Assembly (NCBI GenBank): GCA_964474885.1 | Contig: CAYYWO010000006.1 | Location: 1-58,452 of the forward strand | Source: Candidatus Hadarchaeota archaeon | Lineage (GTDB): Archaea; Hadarchaeota; Hadarchaeia; Hadarchaeales; JAWBSP01 | Length of the DNA stretch: 58,452 nucleotides | Direction: 5' to 3' | Shown: in pieces, positions 19,416 to 28,883 of the stretch | How positions within the stretch are numbered: the first letter of the stretch is position 1 | How the letters are laid out: each line of letters begins with the position of its first letter | Notes under the pieces: model-generated | Told to the model about the DNA's origin: nothing | What the model saw: only the letters and a program-made list of their open reading frames with translations | Database searches by the model: none | Program-made: the position numbers and the translations under genes

Positions 19416-19473
19416 GGGCGATGAAGAAAAGAGAGTTAGGTGAACAGTGAGCAAGCAAGGTATTTCCGAGCCC
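19416..19473 (+). ncRNA. Box C/D methylation-guide sRNA (dual guide, predicted 23S rRNA targets)
   Basis: Terminal stem GGGC/GCCC; C ATGAAGA 19421-27; 12-nt guide AAAGAGAGTTAG; D' GTGA; C' GTGAGCA; 12-nt guide AGCAAGGTATTT; D CCGA 19466-69. Confidence 0.8.
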
Positions 19474-20382
19474 CTACAAATCTATTCTCATCAGATCGTA
19501 GGCTAAGTACGTGTTAGGGAAGATCCTTCTAGCCTGTCGCACCATTATCGTCTCGTCATCATATCGCGGACTAATATGGATGAGTATGAGCTTCTTCACT
19601 TTAGCCTTGTTTGCAACCTCTGCAGCCTGAACGCATGTGGAATGAAAGTCTTCTTCAGCCTTGTCTGCATGCTCTTCCGCAAAAGTCGAGTCATGAATCA
19701 GGAGATCAGCATTTCGGCAAAACTCGATGAGCTCGCTCGTTGGCTTGGTGTCACCTGTGTAAACAATTTTTCTCCCTTTTATGGTGGGCCCTAGGACCTC
19801 CTCCGGCCTGATGAGTCTCCCCCCGGGCGAAAGGACAGGTTCTCCCGCCTTCAGCTTGCCTAGCTCGGGTCCAGGCTTCAGACCCAGGGCCATGGCTTTT
19901 TGCACGTTCAAGTGGCCTGGCCTGTCATCCTCGATAAAGGCGTACGCCAGGGCTGGGAGAGCATGACAACTGGGACCTGCAACCACGCGGTATCCGTTCC
20001 CCCTCACTTCTGAGCCCGGCTCCAGTCCTCGGATCCGGATGTCAAAGGTTATGGTGAACAGTGGTATCTGCAGGTACTTCTCAAGTCTGTCCTCATAACC
20101 TCTCGGGCAATATATTTCGAGCTGCTCCTTCCTGTTCCAAAGAGACATGGTCTGCACAATCCCCGCAAGACCTAAGAAGTGATCCCCATGCAAGTGGGTT
20201 ATGAACACTCTCGAGACTTTCATTATGCTCAGCCCCGCCTTTACCATCTGCATCTGAGCGCCCTCCCCGCAATCGAACAGGATTATTTCTCCACCCCATC
20301 TGATGGCTATCACGGGGAGCGAGCGCTTTAAAGTGGGGATGCTCCCGGAGGTTCCCAGCAAGTAAACTGAGAGTTCCATCAC
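19474..20382 (-). CDS. rnz: Ribonuclease Z
   Basis: LGTSGSIP, FDCGEG, THLHGDH, GP exosite (GLKPGP), YTGDT, HDSTF, HISPRY. Confidence 0.96.
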   Translation of the reverse strand: MMELSVYLLGTSGSIPTLKRSLPVIAIRWGGEIILFDCGEGAQMQMVKAGLSIMKVSRVFITHLHGDHFLGLAGIVQTMSLWNRKEQLEIYCPRGYEDRLEKYLQIPLFTITFDIRIRGLEPGSEVRGNGYRVVAGPSCHALPALAYAFIEDDRPGHLNVQKAMALGLKPGPELGKLKAGEPVLSPGGRLIRPEEVLGPTIKGRKIVYTGDTKPTSELIEFCRNADLLIHDSTFAEEHADKAEEDFHSTCVQAAEVANKAKVKKLILIHISPRYDDETIMVRQARRIFPNTYLAYDLMRIDL

Positions 20383-21401
20383 CTTTTCCTCAAGACGTAT
20401 ATCCTCCGACTTAAGGTCTTATGCACATATTGTTCGTGAAATTCTATCGGTACCAAGCCGCTTGCTTCGATCGTTTTCTCAAGGTTTAGACTGCTCGGTG
20501 CTCCCAGGCACGCTACGGCCTTCCTTTTCAAGATGCTGGCAATTGATGCAAGTGCCTCGGTGTAGAGCTCGAGGAGCTCATCACCCCAAGTTGAGGACTG
20601 GATGCCGTATGGAGGGTCTGTCGCGATGGCATCCACCTCGAGTCCTGCCAACTCTCTTGCGTCTCTGACTTCTAGCTGATACTCCCTGATTCCTGCCTGT
20701 TCCAAGTTCCTTCTAGCTCCCTCGATCATTTTAGGATCTATATCGAAGCCAATGGGAAAAGCGCCCACCAAACCCGCCTCAATCAAGATGCCACCCACGC
20801 CGCAGAAGGGATCACAAAACTTTCCGCCCTTGGGTGTCCGGGCCAAGTTGACCATACAGCGCGCTAGTATGGGTGAGAGAGTGGAAGGATGGAAGGCCGC
20901 TCTGGTGGTGGGCCTCCTCGAGCTGAGCAATTTTCGTTGAGTCTCCGCGATTTTGAGCCCCACGCAGCATTTTCCCTCAGTTAAGGCTACTACGAGTTCG
21001 GTTTCAGGACTTTCCAAGTCGATCTTGAGATCGAATTCATCCAGAACTACATCCGCTATCTGCCGTTCTAGGTCGAGCGTTTTCACCTCCGGGCAATAAT
21101 CCTTTATTCTGACCACTCTGACAGCGAAACTCTTATCTGCCGGTAGCAGATCTGGTAGATCCGAACTTGCTACCGCCTCCAAAACCTCGTTCCAATTGGA
21201 TGTGCAGAGATGGAGGCATATCTCCCGGGACATGGCCAGCCTGCTTGCAAGCCTGGAGGGATTTACGTCTGTCTCGAAGATCATGACCTGATCGAGTTCC
21301 TCCATGACTTCTAGTGCTCCTCCTTCCCCCTTTACTGCTCCTCTGATCTCAGCCTGAGGTAGAGTGGGATGTTCACCGGAAAGCAGGGCCATCAGCCTCA
21401 T
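20379..21401 (-). CDS. trm11: tRNA (guanine-10-N2)-dimethyltransferase (THUMP + MTase)
   Basis: LSGEHP start, THUMP domain, ARCMVNL, DPFCGVGG, TDPPYG, VHKTLSR. Confidence 0.9.
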   Translation of the reverse strand: MRLMALLSGEHPTLPQAEIRGAVKGEGGALEVMEELDQVMIFETDVNPSRLASRLAMSREICLHLCTSNWNEVLEAVASSDLPDLLPADKSFAVRVVRIKDYCPEVKTLDLERQIADVVLDEFDLKIDLESPETELVVALTEGKCCVGLKIAETQRKLLSSRRPTTRAAFHPSTLSPILARCMVNLARTPKGGKFCDPFCGVGGILIEAGLVGAFPIGFDIDPKMIEGARRNLEQAGIREYQLEVRDARELAGLEVDAIATDPPYGIQSSTWGDELLELYTEALASIASILKRKAVACLGAPSSLNLEKTIEASGLVPIEFHEQYVHKTLSRRIYVLRKR

Positions 21402-22255
21402 AACCTAGCTGAGATGAGGGGGGCTAAAGAAATTTGACTGTAGGAGGTTTCAACACTATCGCTCGATACTATGCGCTCCACTCCTGCTTTTCTCAACTTC
21501 TCAACCGAATCTCCGACAAACAGGCCGTGGACGCAGCAGACCCAGATCCTCCTCGCGCCTCTTATGCATTTGCATGCTTCCAAAACCGTCCCACCCGTGC
21601 TGATGATGTCGTCCATTATCACCACATCCCTCCCGGACGTTTTCAGCTCCCGCGGTTTTATCCTCACCTCTGTCGGGCTTATGCGCTCTTTTTCTAGAAA
21701 GTCAAAATCCGCTCCAGCTTCTCTGGCAGCCTCCTCAACCCTCTTCGCAGATCCCTCATCGGGGGCTAGAAAGAGGGGGTCCCTCAGGTTCAGATCGAGC
21801 ATTTTCTTGCCCAAGTAGGGTAGAGCACGCACTTCTTCAATCTCACAGCTGAAGTAGGAGAGGGCCAGCTGTGAGTGCGCGTCCACTGTTAGCAGCTTAT
21901 GGATTCTCCGGCTCAGCAAATCCGCAACGCTCTTCACGCTCAGCGCCTCACCTTCCTGAAACCTGCGATCCTGCCTGGCGTAGGCCAAGTAGGGAACGAT
22001 CGCGAGGATCTTCTTGGCTTTGAGATCCCTGACCAAATCCAAGAGCAACAACAGCTCCATCAGGTGATCATTTTGGGGTGGCGACAGGGATTGAACGACG
22101 GCTACCTCCTTCCCTTCTAGGTCCGCCTGTAGCCTTACGTAGATCTCGCCATCCGGGAACCTCTGGACGATCGGACGCAATAGCTCGGCTTGAGCCGATT
22201 TAGCCAGCCTTTTTGCCAGCGATGGGGAAGCTGAGCCCGCGACCAATGCATGCAT
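21398..22255 (-). CDS. prs: Ribose-phosphate pyrophosphokinase
   Basis: FPDGE, PYLAYARQDRRF, APDEG, DDIISTGGT. Confidence 0.96.
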   Translation of the reverse strand: MHALVAGSASPSLAKRLAKSAQAELLRPIVQRFPDGEIYVRLQADLEGKEVAVVQSLSPPQNDHLMELLLLLDLVRDLKAKKILAIVPYLAYARQDRRFQEGEALSVKSVADLLSRRIHKLLTVDAHSQLALSYFSCEIEEVRALPYLGKKMLDLNLRDPLFLAPDEGSAKRVEEAAREAGADFDFLEKERISPTEVRIKPRELKTSGRDVVIMDDIISTGGTVLEACKCIRGARRIWVCCVHGLFVGDSVEKLRKAGVERIVSSDSVETSYSQISLAPLISARL

Positions 22256-22301
22256 CAAAGAGGATGAACAACGAACACATAAGTTATCACCTATTCTATG
22301 T

Positions 22302-23393
22302 GTGTGGAGGCTTGTGAGACCCGACGCCGCCCGTGCCCTTGATGACCCAGGTGTCCGGAGGGCACTACCTAGATATGTGAGTGTTGTGAGAGACGAACTC
22401 CCCGCCAGATTTCAGGTGTGCAAGCGCCTGCCTGTCAAAGTGGATCTGAACGAAAAGGAGGAGAAGCTCTGGGAGGTGCACAGACATCTCTTAGACTCTT
22501 TTTATCACACCCTGCACAAGATCGACAAAGGCAAGATGTCCATCGAGGACATGGATCACCCCGAGACCTCACTGCTGGATTTGAAGATCGAGCTGGCCCG
22601 CAGGATCATGAGCTCGTGTCATCTCTGTGAAAGGAGATGCGGAGTGAACCGAATGAAAGGGGAAAAAGGCTTCTGCGGGGTGGGGAGGTTGCCCCGCGTC
22701 TGTTCCGAGTTCATGCATTTGGGCGAAGAGGCCCCCCTGGTTCCGTCCTATACTATCTTCTTCGCGGGATGTACCTTCAAGTGTGTCTTCTGCCAAAACT
22801 ACGACATTTCGCAAGAGCCCGAGGCTGGGGCGGAGTTCACACCCAAGGAACTGGCCAGGCTGATTGAAGAGGCAAAAAAGGAAGGAGCGAGGAACGTCAA
22901 CTGGGTGGGCGGAAATCCGGATCCGAACCTGCCAGCCATCTTGGAAGCATTGCGCGAGTGCGAGGCAAATATAAGCTCGGTCTGGAACTCCAACATGTAC
23001 TACAGTTCCGAAGCCGCCGAGCTTTTGAAGGGCACCCAGGATGTGTACCTCGCCGACTTCAAGTGGTTCGACGACTCCTGTGCTAAGAAATATTCAAAGG
23101 TTGATAACTACCTGGAGGTGGTCTCAAGGAACCACTTGATCGCCCGGAAAGATGCCGAGCTGATAATCCGGCACCTAGTCATGCCGGGACATCTGGAATG
23201 CTGTACAAAACCCATCCTGAACTGGATCTCGAGGAATCTGGGGAGGGACGTTCGCGTTAATGTCATGGACCAGTACAGACCGTGCTACCTCGCACACCAA
23301 TATCCAGAAATCAATCGCCCTATCAGCTGGGATGAATTCTGCACTGCTATTTCTTACGCGCGGGAGGCGGGACTGGAGAACCTGGAGAAGTAA
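22302..23393 (+). CDS. PflX-like radical SAM protein
   Basis: CHLCERRC, HLGEE, CTFKCVFCQN, IRHLVMPGH, QYRP. Confidence 0.88.
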   Translation: MWRLVRPDAARALDDPGVRRALPRYVSVVRDELPARFQVCKRLPVKVDLNEKEEKLWEVHRHLLDSFYHTLHKIDKGKMSIEDMDHPETSLLDLKIELARRIMSSCHLCERRCGVNRMKGEKGFCGVGRLPRVCSEFMHLGEEAPLVPSYTIFFAGCTFKCVFCQNYDISQEPEAGAEFTPKELARLIEEAKKEGARNVNWVGGNPDPNLPAILEALRECEANISSVWNSNMYYSSEAAELLKGTQDVYLADFKWFDDSCAKKYSKVDNYLEVVSRNHLIARKDAELIIRHLVMPGHLECCTKPILNWISRNLGRDVRVNVMDQYRPCYLAHQYPEINRPISWDEFCTAISYAREAGLENLEK

Positions 23394-23403
23394 TATCAAA
23401 GGG

Positions 23404-23488
23404 CGCCGGGGGTGGGATTTGAACCCACGAGGCGCAACGCGCCAGCAGGTTAGCAACCTGCCGCCCTACCTGGCTAGGCTACCCCGGC
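23404..23488 (-). tRNA. tRNA-Ser(GCT)
   Basis: Anticodon arm GCAGG-TTGCTAA-CCTGC, long variable arm GGCGC/GCGCC, T arm GTGGG-TTCAAAT-CCCAC, G discriminator. Confidence 0.97.
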
Positions 23489-23491
23489 GGT

Positions 23492-23802
23492 GGGTGGGCT
23501 CCCGGATTTGAATGCCTTCGGGCCCACTTCAGGTGGCGGCCACCCCTTAGCTCCGTTGACCCGCAAGCGCCGGGCGTCCTGCCTACGGTTGCTCCCTTCC
23601 GGGCCTGGCCGGGTTCGGCAGGCAAAGGCGGTTTACTCAGGCCCTACGGCCTGAGCCCCGCCACCGCCGACCCTGCGGGACGAAGCCTCACGGGGGCGCA
23701 TCCGCAACCCTCCGTGAGCCTCCGGCACCGCCTCCGGTATTCGGCCCGCCATAACCCCATTTGCGGTACGGGGGAGGGGTAGCCCCCCGGCCTAGCCCAC
23801 CC
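23492..23802 (-). ncRNA. ffs: Archaeal SRP (7S) RNA
   Basis: Helix 1 GGGTGGGCT/AGCCCACCC, helix 6 CTCAGGCC-GTAG-GGCCTGAG, helix 8 CCAGGCCCGGAAGGGAGCAACC; 311 nt, GC-rich. Confidence 0.95.
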
Positions 23803-23832
23803 AATTCTTCTTGTTCTAAAAGGACAAAATTC

Positions 23833-25011
23833 TTAGCTAAAAAAGTATGGCACCAAGTTACAAATCAAAACACCCAGCATGACGAGGGACAGGACTATAC
23901 ATGCTTTTCTGGCCCTCTTTTTTGGCATTCTCTTCTCCAGTATCGTCTCGATCATGTAGCCACCATCTAGGGGTAGCATGGGGAGCAAGTTGAATAGGCC
24001 CACGCCGAGATTCAGCACGAACATCCACTTCAGCATGTCTACGAGCCACCAGGGGATCAAAGAAGAGTAAACTATCTGGTTGAAAACGCGTTGCCCTCTC
24101 AGCTCTAGGACAGTTATGTAAGCTGCAAAGAGAGGATTGAGGAATCTGGATTCCGGGATTGCCCAAATGGGTATGAGGCCCAAGCTTCCACGATTCTCGG
24201 AATAGTAATTGTCAGCTATTACTTCGAAGGTGCCCTGGTCCGTTTCTATCGTGACTGTTTGGCCTGGCTTGATGTTCTCTAGGAGTTTCAGATCCTTCCA
24301 GCTGTTAATGACCACGTTGTTGATCCTCAGGATCTTCATGCCGGGTGCTAGCTTGTTATCGCATGGTCCATTCTCCCTAACACCCCAAACGTACACGCCC
24401 TCTTTAGGAACGACGATTGATAGGAGCAAAAGGAGACAGAGGAACGAGAAGATTATGTTTGTCACCGAGCCCACAGCGTACACGCGCAATCTGTCCCGGG
24501 TGGGCGCACTTCGGAGCTTCTTCTCATCAGGCTCCACGAAAGCTCCGGGGATGACCGCAAAGAGCAGGCCGCCCATAGATTTGGTGGGTATCCGGTGGAC
24601 TCTCATCAGCAGGCCGTGGGAGATCTCGTGGACGAGCATGAGGCTCCCTATTGATATCAGCCACCAGTAGACCGTCAAGCCTGGTATGAGCCCGGGCAGG
24701 ACGAAGCTGGCTCCAGGCAAGGCACCTCTCGGTGAGGTCAAGATGTTATACAAGTTGAAAAGGAGGTTGAAGCTAACGAATATGCAGAGGGCGAGGGCCA
24801 GTACTACTGAGATGTTCCCATAGTGGATTAGGAGCTTGGGGTGCTTCTTGGCGAATGCATCTATCTTTTTGAGTCCCCGCTTGGTTCTGAAAACCGCAGC
24901 TCCACTTTCGAGCGTTATACCATACTTCCGCAGGTCGTACCTTTTGTACAAGGTAAGGAAGATCACCCAAAAAGTAGAAGCACCTATCACAAGGGCCAAG
25001 AGTGAATTCAT
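23833..25011 (-). CDS. Site-2 protease (M50) with PDZ domain
   Basis: HEISH, GAFVEPD, NLLPMLPLDGG, PDZ-like insert. Confidence 0.93.
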   Translation of the reverse strand: MNSLLALVIGASTFWVIFLTLYKRYDLRKYGITLESGAAVFRTKRGLKKIDAFAKKHPKLLIHYGNISVVLALALCIFVSFNLLFNLYNILTSPRGALPGASFVLPGLIPGLTVYWWLISIGSLMLVHEISHGLLMRVHRIPTKSMGGLLFAVIPGAFVEPDEKKLRSAPTRDRLRVYAVGSVTNIIFSFLCLLLLLSIVVPKEGVYVWGVRENGPCDNKLAPGMKILRINNVVINSWKDLKLLENIKPGQTVTIETDQGTFEVIADNYYSENRGSLGLIPIWAIPESRFLNPLFAAYITVLELRGQRVFNQIVYSSLIPWWLVDMLKWMFVLNLGVGLFNLLPMLPLDGGYMIETILEKRMPKKRARKACIVLSLVMLGVLICNLVPYFFS

Positions 25012-25033
25012 TTCACACTTTGTCAAGCTATTA

Positions 25034-25708
25034 ATGAAACCCTCACCTCCGGGCGAAGTGAGAAGAGTCTATTACTCTCAGGAAAGATGGCAACTGTTGA
25101 AGCGGCTCAGGGAGAAGGCCATAAGGTTCATGAGGAAACTGAGCAAATATGGCATAGAAGGTCTCGTCCATGGGAGCCTCGCCCGGGGGGATGTCACAAA
25201 GAAGAGCGATATTGATATCTTCATCCCCTACCAAATTCCCCTTAGGATCCAGCTCGCCCTCCAAGATATTGGCGAGATCTACAAGAAAGAAGTCGTTATT
25301 GCAACCCCTTGGGCACTTCCCAAAGCGCACATATATTTGGACGAGCGAACCTGCGTTACTTTCCCACTCCTCGAGCCAACCCAAACTGAGATAGACTTCT
25401 ATTACTTCGGTGGTGCAATAGATCTTAAAGGCCTTGAAGAGGGAAAAAGAGTGGCCGGAGTAGACAAGCGCCTCATGCTGATCGAACCAACTCCGTACGG
25501 ACATTTAGAAAGCTCCATCTTGGGCAGAGAAGGGGAAGTAGCGAAAAAGCTGAAAGTAGGAGTCGAGATAGTCAGGGAAAGGATAGACGTTTTAACCAGA
25601 AGGGCAGAAGTCGGACACACGGGGCTTTATTACAAGCGAGAGCTTGCATGTAGCGAAAGCTTTGAGCAGATTATCCCAGAAGTAATGAAGAAAGTGAGAT
25701 GTCGATAA
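25034..25708 (+). CDS. Pol-beta-like nucleotidyltransferase (COG2413-like)
   Basis: HGSLARGDV..SDID, FYYFGG, RVAGVDKRL; ATG at 25034. Confidence 0.85.
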   Translation: MKPSPPGEVRRVYYSQERWQLLKRLREKAIRFMRKLSKYGIEGLVHGSLARGDVTKKSDIDIFIPYQIPLRIQLALQDIGEIYKKEVVIATPWALPKAHIYLDERTCVTFPLLEPTQTEIDFYYFGGAIDLKGLEEGKRVAGVDKRLMLIEPTPYGHLESSILGREGEVAKKLKVGVEIVRERIDVLTRRAEVGHTGLYYKRELACSESFEQIIPEVMKKVRCR

Positions 25709-26238
25709 AAGAGTGGCTCGAGCAGGTAAAAAAGGCTTTGCTGGATGAAGGCTTCCAGCCAACTGAATTTCAATGGGTTAAGCCTGGTCAGTACTTTGGC
25801 TTGGTTAAGGATTTACCCCGAGGCAGGCAGATGCACGTACGCGGATTTTCGGATGGCAAGCTGGAGGCGGAAATAGAGGTCTCAAGGTTTTACTTAGAGC
25901 ACCCGTTGTGGAAGAGATCTGCCACAAAAGAGCTTGAGCAAATCCTCAGGAGGAGAGGAGTCCCCTACAAGCGCGAAACAATACTGCAGATACCCAAGCC
26001 CAAGGGAAAGATGCCAAAAACTAGAACGGACTGGAGGAGGTCACTGATTCACCCCTCCCTTTACAAATTCCTGTCACTTTACGTGATTCTGCTGGGTGCA
26101 GCATGCTTCTATAAATTCGCGCTTGCTCTCAGCTGGTCTGGTTTGCTATACTTTTTGGCTGGAGGAGCACTCGTAGGTACCGGGGTAGGAACCCTCTACA
26201 CGATCAGGGTGGTTGAGAGGGCGCTCAAGTCTCACTAG
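25699..26238 (+). CDS. Hypothetical protein with two C-terminal TM helices
   Basis: Overlaps the upstream gene; soluble N-domain (MHVRGF..EAEIE..YLEHP) and two hydrophobic segments. Confidence 0.7.
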   Translation: MSIKEWLEQVKKALLDEGFQPTEFQWVKPGQYFGLVKDLPRGRQMHVRGFSDGKLEAEIEVSRFYLEHPLWKRSATKELEQILRRRGVPYKRETILQIPKPKGKMPKTRTDWRRSLIHPSLYKFLSLYVILLGAACFYKFALALSWSGLLYFLAGGALVGTGVGTLYTIRVVERALKSH

Positions 26239-27781
26239 CTTCCAGCAAGCGCTTGACCACAAATTCGCGATCCAAGGCAGCTAACAGGTTTCCTGCTCTG
26301 GGCCCCTCCCTCTTTCCTAGGAAGCAAAGGTAGATGGCTTGGAAGAGTGCGGGAGGTTCGAGCGAGGCAGAACGGGCCACCTCATAAATCGAATTGTGGA
26401 TCTCCTCAGGGGACATCTCTCTTGCTCCAATCTTCTCCGCCAGCGCCCGCAAGCATTCCTTCTCCACCAGAGTCAGTTCTCTCGCCGAGGGAGGGAGCTG
26501 CGATTGAATTTCGATTCTGTATCTCTCGACCGCGTACTTTTGAACCCAATGCAATGCAAGCGTTAACCTGCGTCTGGCGAGCTTTAGATCCAGTTCGCTA
26601 GGCTCTTTGAGTATCCCCCTGGAGAACAGTATTCGTTTCTGCATATCGAATTCCTTCACTACTTGGCAAAGAATCACAGCAAAACGGAAAGGCACACGTT
26701 GCGGCCTGCTCTCTGGTACTTTTTCAGGCATTGAGAGCTCATAGATCCTAGCCTGCTCCCCGGCTTCCCCACTGAAGTATCTTCGTTCTAATTCGTCAAA
26801 CTCGTCGTACAAGTTCAGCAGGTATCCCCTCGGCTCAAAATTCTTGCTCTTCATGGGTTTGCTCCTGAAGATGAAAAATCTCAACAGCTCGGGCTCGGCC
26901 ACCTCAAGCCAGTCCGAGAGAGTGAAGACGATCCCTTTGGAGGATGACATGCGCTGGCCTGCCAGACTTATCCATTCATAGGGAATAGGATGCGGGGGTT
27001 CAGTTCCAAAGACCTCTTTGACGATGAGTTTTCCGGTGTCGTAGCTCCCCCCTGCTTCTGCATGGTCTTTTCCGAAGGGCTCACAGGTCACACCCAGCAA
27101 ACTCCAGCGAGCGGGCCATTCTACTCTCCAAGTCAACTTCCCTTCACCTTTCGCGTAATTTGCCTGATCCTCATTTCCACAACCCTTCACGTAATCACAG
27201 CCGACGCATCTGTAGTAAACCCACTCTCCCTGCCAGTCGTAAGCTTGGGTCGTAGAGATCCTACCGCATTTGGAGCATATGGGATTGTAGGGGAGCCATT
27301 CCGAAGGCAGGGGTCGGGCCCTGAATCTGTTTAAAATCTGCCTCACCACCTCCGCCTTTTCCAAAGCGAGTTTGATCTGGTTCTTCAATTTGCCTGATCT
27401 GTAAACCTCGGACCCAAAGTAGACCTTGACCTTGATCCCGAACGTTTTCAGAGAATCTAGGAAGGGCCTCGTGTAGTATTCCACAAAGTTGCTGAATCCA
27501 GGAACCGGAGAGGGTAGATTCGCGTAAGGCACGCCTAAGTACTCGCGGTACTTTTCAGGCAATCCCGCTGGTATCCTCCTCAGAGGGTCGAAATCGTCCG
27601 CGTACCATATCGCCTGCGCTTTTCCACCCCTTTCTTCCACAGCTCTTCTGATAGCGTCCGCTATGAAGACATCATTTGAGTGACCTATATGAATGTGGCC
27701 GGAAATGGAGGTCCCGCTTGCTATGACGTGCTCTCTGCCCCTCTTCAGTAGAATCTCAGCAACCTGATCTACCCAATGCAT
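26225..27781 (-). CDS. lysS: Lysyl-tRNA synthetase, class I
   Basis: MHW start, SGHIHIGH, GKLTWRVEWPARW, EPFGKDH, RMSSSKG, GPR. Confidence 0.97.
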   Translation of the reverse strand: MHWVDQVAEILLKRGREHVIASGTSISGHIHIGHSNDVFIADAIRRAVEERGGKAQAIWYADDFDPLRRIPAGLPEKYREYLGVPYANLPSPVPGFSNFVEYYTRPFLDSLKTFGIKVKVYFGSEVYRSGKLKNQIKLALEKAEVVRQILNRFRARPLPSEWLPYNPICSKCGRISTTQAYDWQGEWVYYRCVGCDYVKGCGNEDQANYAKGEGKLTWRVEWPARWSLLGVTCEPFGKDHAEAGGSYDTGKLIVKEVFGTEPPHPIPYEWISLAGQRMSSSKGIVFTLSDWLEVAEPELLRFFIFRSKPMKSKNFEPRGYLLNLYDEFDELERRYFSGEAGEQARIYELSMPEKVPESRPQRVPFRFAVILCQVVKEFDMQKRILFSRGILKEPSELDLKLARRRLTLALHWVQKYAVERYRIEIQSQLPPSARELTLVEKECLRALAEKIGAREMSPEEIHNSIYEVARSASLEPPALFQAIYLCFLGKREGPRAGNLLAALDREFVVKRLLEASET

Positions 27782-28813
27782 TCAAAAAGATTGCCTGTTG
27801 CTTGAAAATGCTCCGATAATCCTGATTTTCTGGCCACACCTAGGGCATCTCCCTTCTTTTATCCTGTACTCTAGGATCTCGTATCCTAACCTGCTTATCA
27901 GCAATTCCCCGCAATTTGGGCAGTAGGTATTATCATAGGGATGGCCTGGCACATTTCCGAGATAAACGTAACTCAGACCTTCGGCTTTGGCTATTTTGTA
28001 TGCCTCCTCGAGCTTTTCAACGGGCGTTGGGGGTACATGCAACATCTTATAGTTCGGGTAGAATCGGCTGAAGTGCACAGGCATCTCCGGATCCATCTCA
28101 GCTACCCATTTGCAGAATTCCCTTATCTCGTCCGGACTATCGTTTTCCCGGGGAATGATGAGATACGTTACTTCCAGGTGCACACCATGTTCTTGGAACC
28201 ACTCACAAGTGTGCAGGACGGGCTCCATACTTGGGACTCCGCAGATCTTCCGGTAGAACTCGTCCGTGAAGGCCTTCACGTCTACGTTTGCTGCATCCAA
28301 GTACCTACCAAGCTCGGCCAACGCAGTTTCCGTTATATAGCCGTTGGTCACATAGATGTTGTACAGCCCCTCCTTCTTGGCCAGTTTTCCAACATCTATT
28401 GCATACTCAGCCCAGAGCACGGGCTCGGTGTAGGTGTGCGCAATCCCCTGGCATTCCCATTCCTTAGTCAGCCTTATTAGTTCTTCTGGGGACAGATCCT
28501 TAGTATCCACCTCATCCACCCTCACTTGGGAGATGCTCCAATTCTGGCAGTGCTTACACCTGAAGTTACAGCCTGGTGAGGCAATTGAAAAGACTGAGCT
28601 CCCCGGCCAGAAGTGGTAGAGGGGCTTCTTTTCTATGGGATCCGCAGCCATCGAGACCACGGAGCCGTAGACAAGTGAAAAGAGCTGTCCATCTTCGTTC
28701 TTCCTCGCTCCGCATACCCCTGTGGCTCCTCTGGGTATTCTGCACCTCCGGGGGCAGAGCTCACATAGTACTTCCTCGTTCAGCTTTCTCCAGAACTTCG
28801 CGGGGGCTTTCAC
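27782..28813 (-). CDS. amrS: AmmeMemoRadiSam-type radical SAM enzyme, paralog 2
   Basis: CELCPRRC, DPIEKKPLYHF, CNFRCKHCQN, TYTEP, GNVPGH..TYCPNC. Confidence 0.88.
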   Translation of the reverse strand: MKAPAKFWRKLNEEVLCELCPRRCRIPRGATGVCGARKNEDGQLFSLVYGSVVSMAADPIEKKPLYHFWPGSSVFSIASPGCNFRCKHCQNWSISQVRVDEVDTKDLSPEELIRLTKEWECQGIAHTYTEPVLWAEYAIDVGKLAKKEGLYNIYVTNGYITETALAELGRYLDAANVDVKAFTDEFYRKICGVPSMEPVLHTCEWFQEHGVHLEVTYLIIPRENDSPDEIREFCKWVAEMDPEMPVHFSRFYPNYKMLHVPPTPVEKLEEAYKIAKAEGLSYVYLGNVPGHPYDNTYCPNCGELLISRLGYEILEYRIKEGRCPRCGQKIRIIGAFSSNRQSF

Positions 28814-28883
28814 TCAAAGATGAGCAGGAAATCTCAAATATCAGAGGAATGTTTTACATCCTCTCCAATAGCTTGGCTCTTTT

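Noticed and set aside
23175-23970. Short ORFs 23175-23456, 23260-23511 and 23761-23970
   Set aside because: They overlap tRNA-Ser and SRP RNA; artefacts of GC-rich structural RNA
28843-28864. Hairpin AGAGG-A-ATGT-TTT-ACAT-CCTCT upstream of amrS paralog 2
   Set aside because: A single short bulged stem; cannot be distinguished from chance
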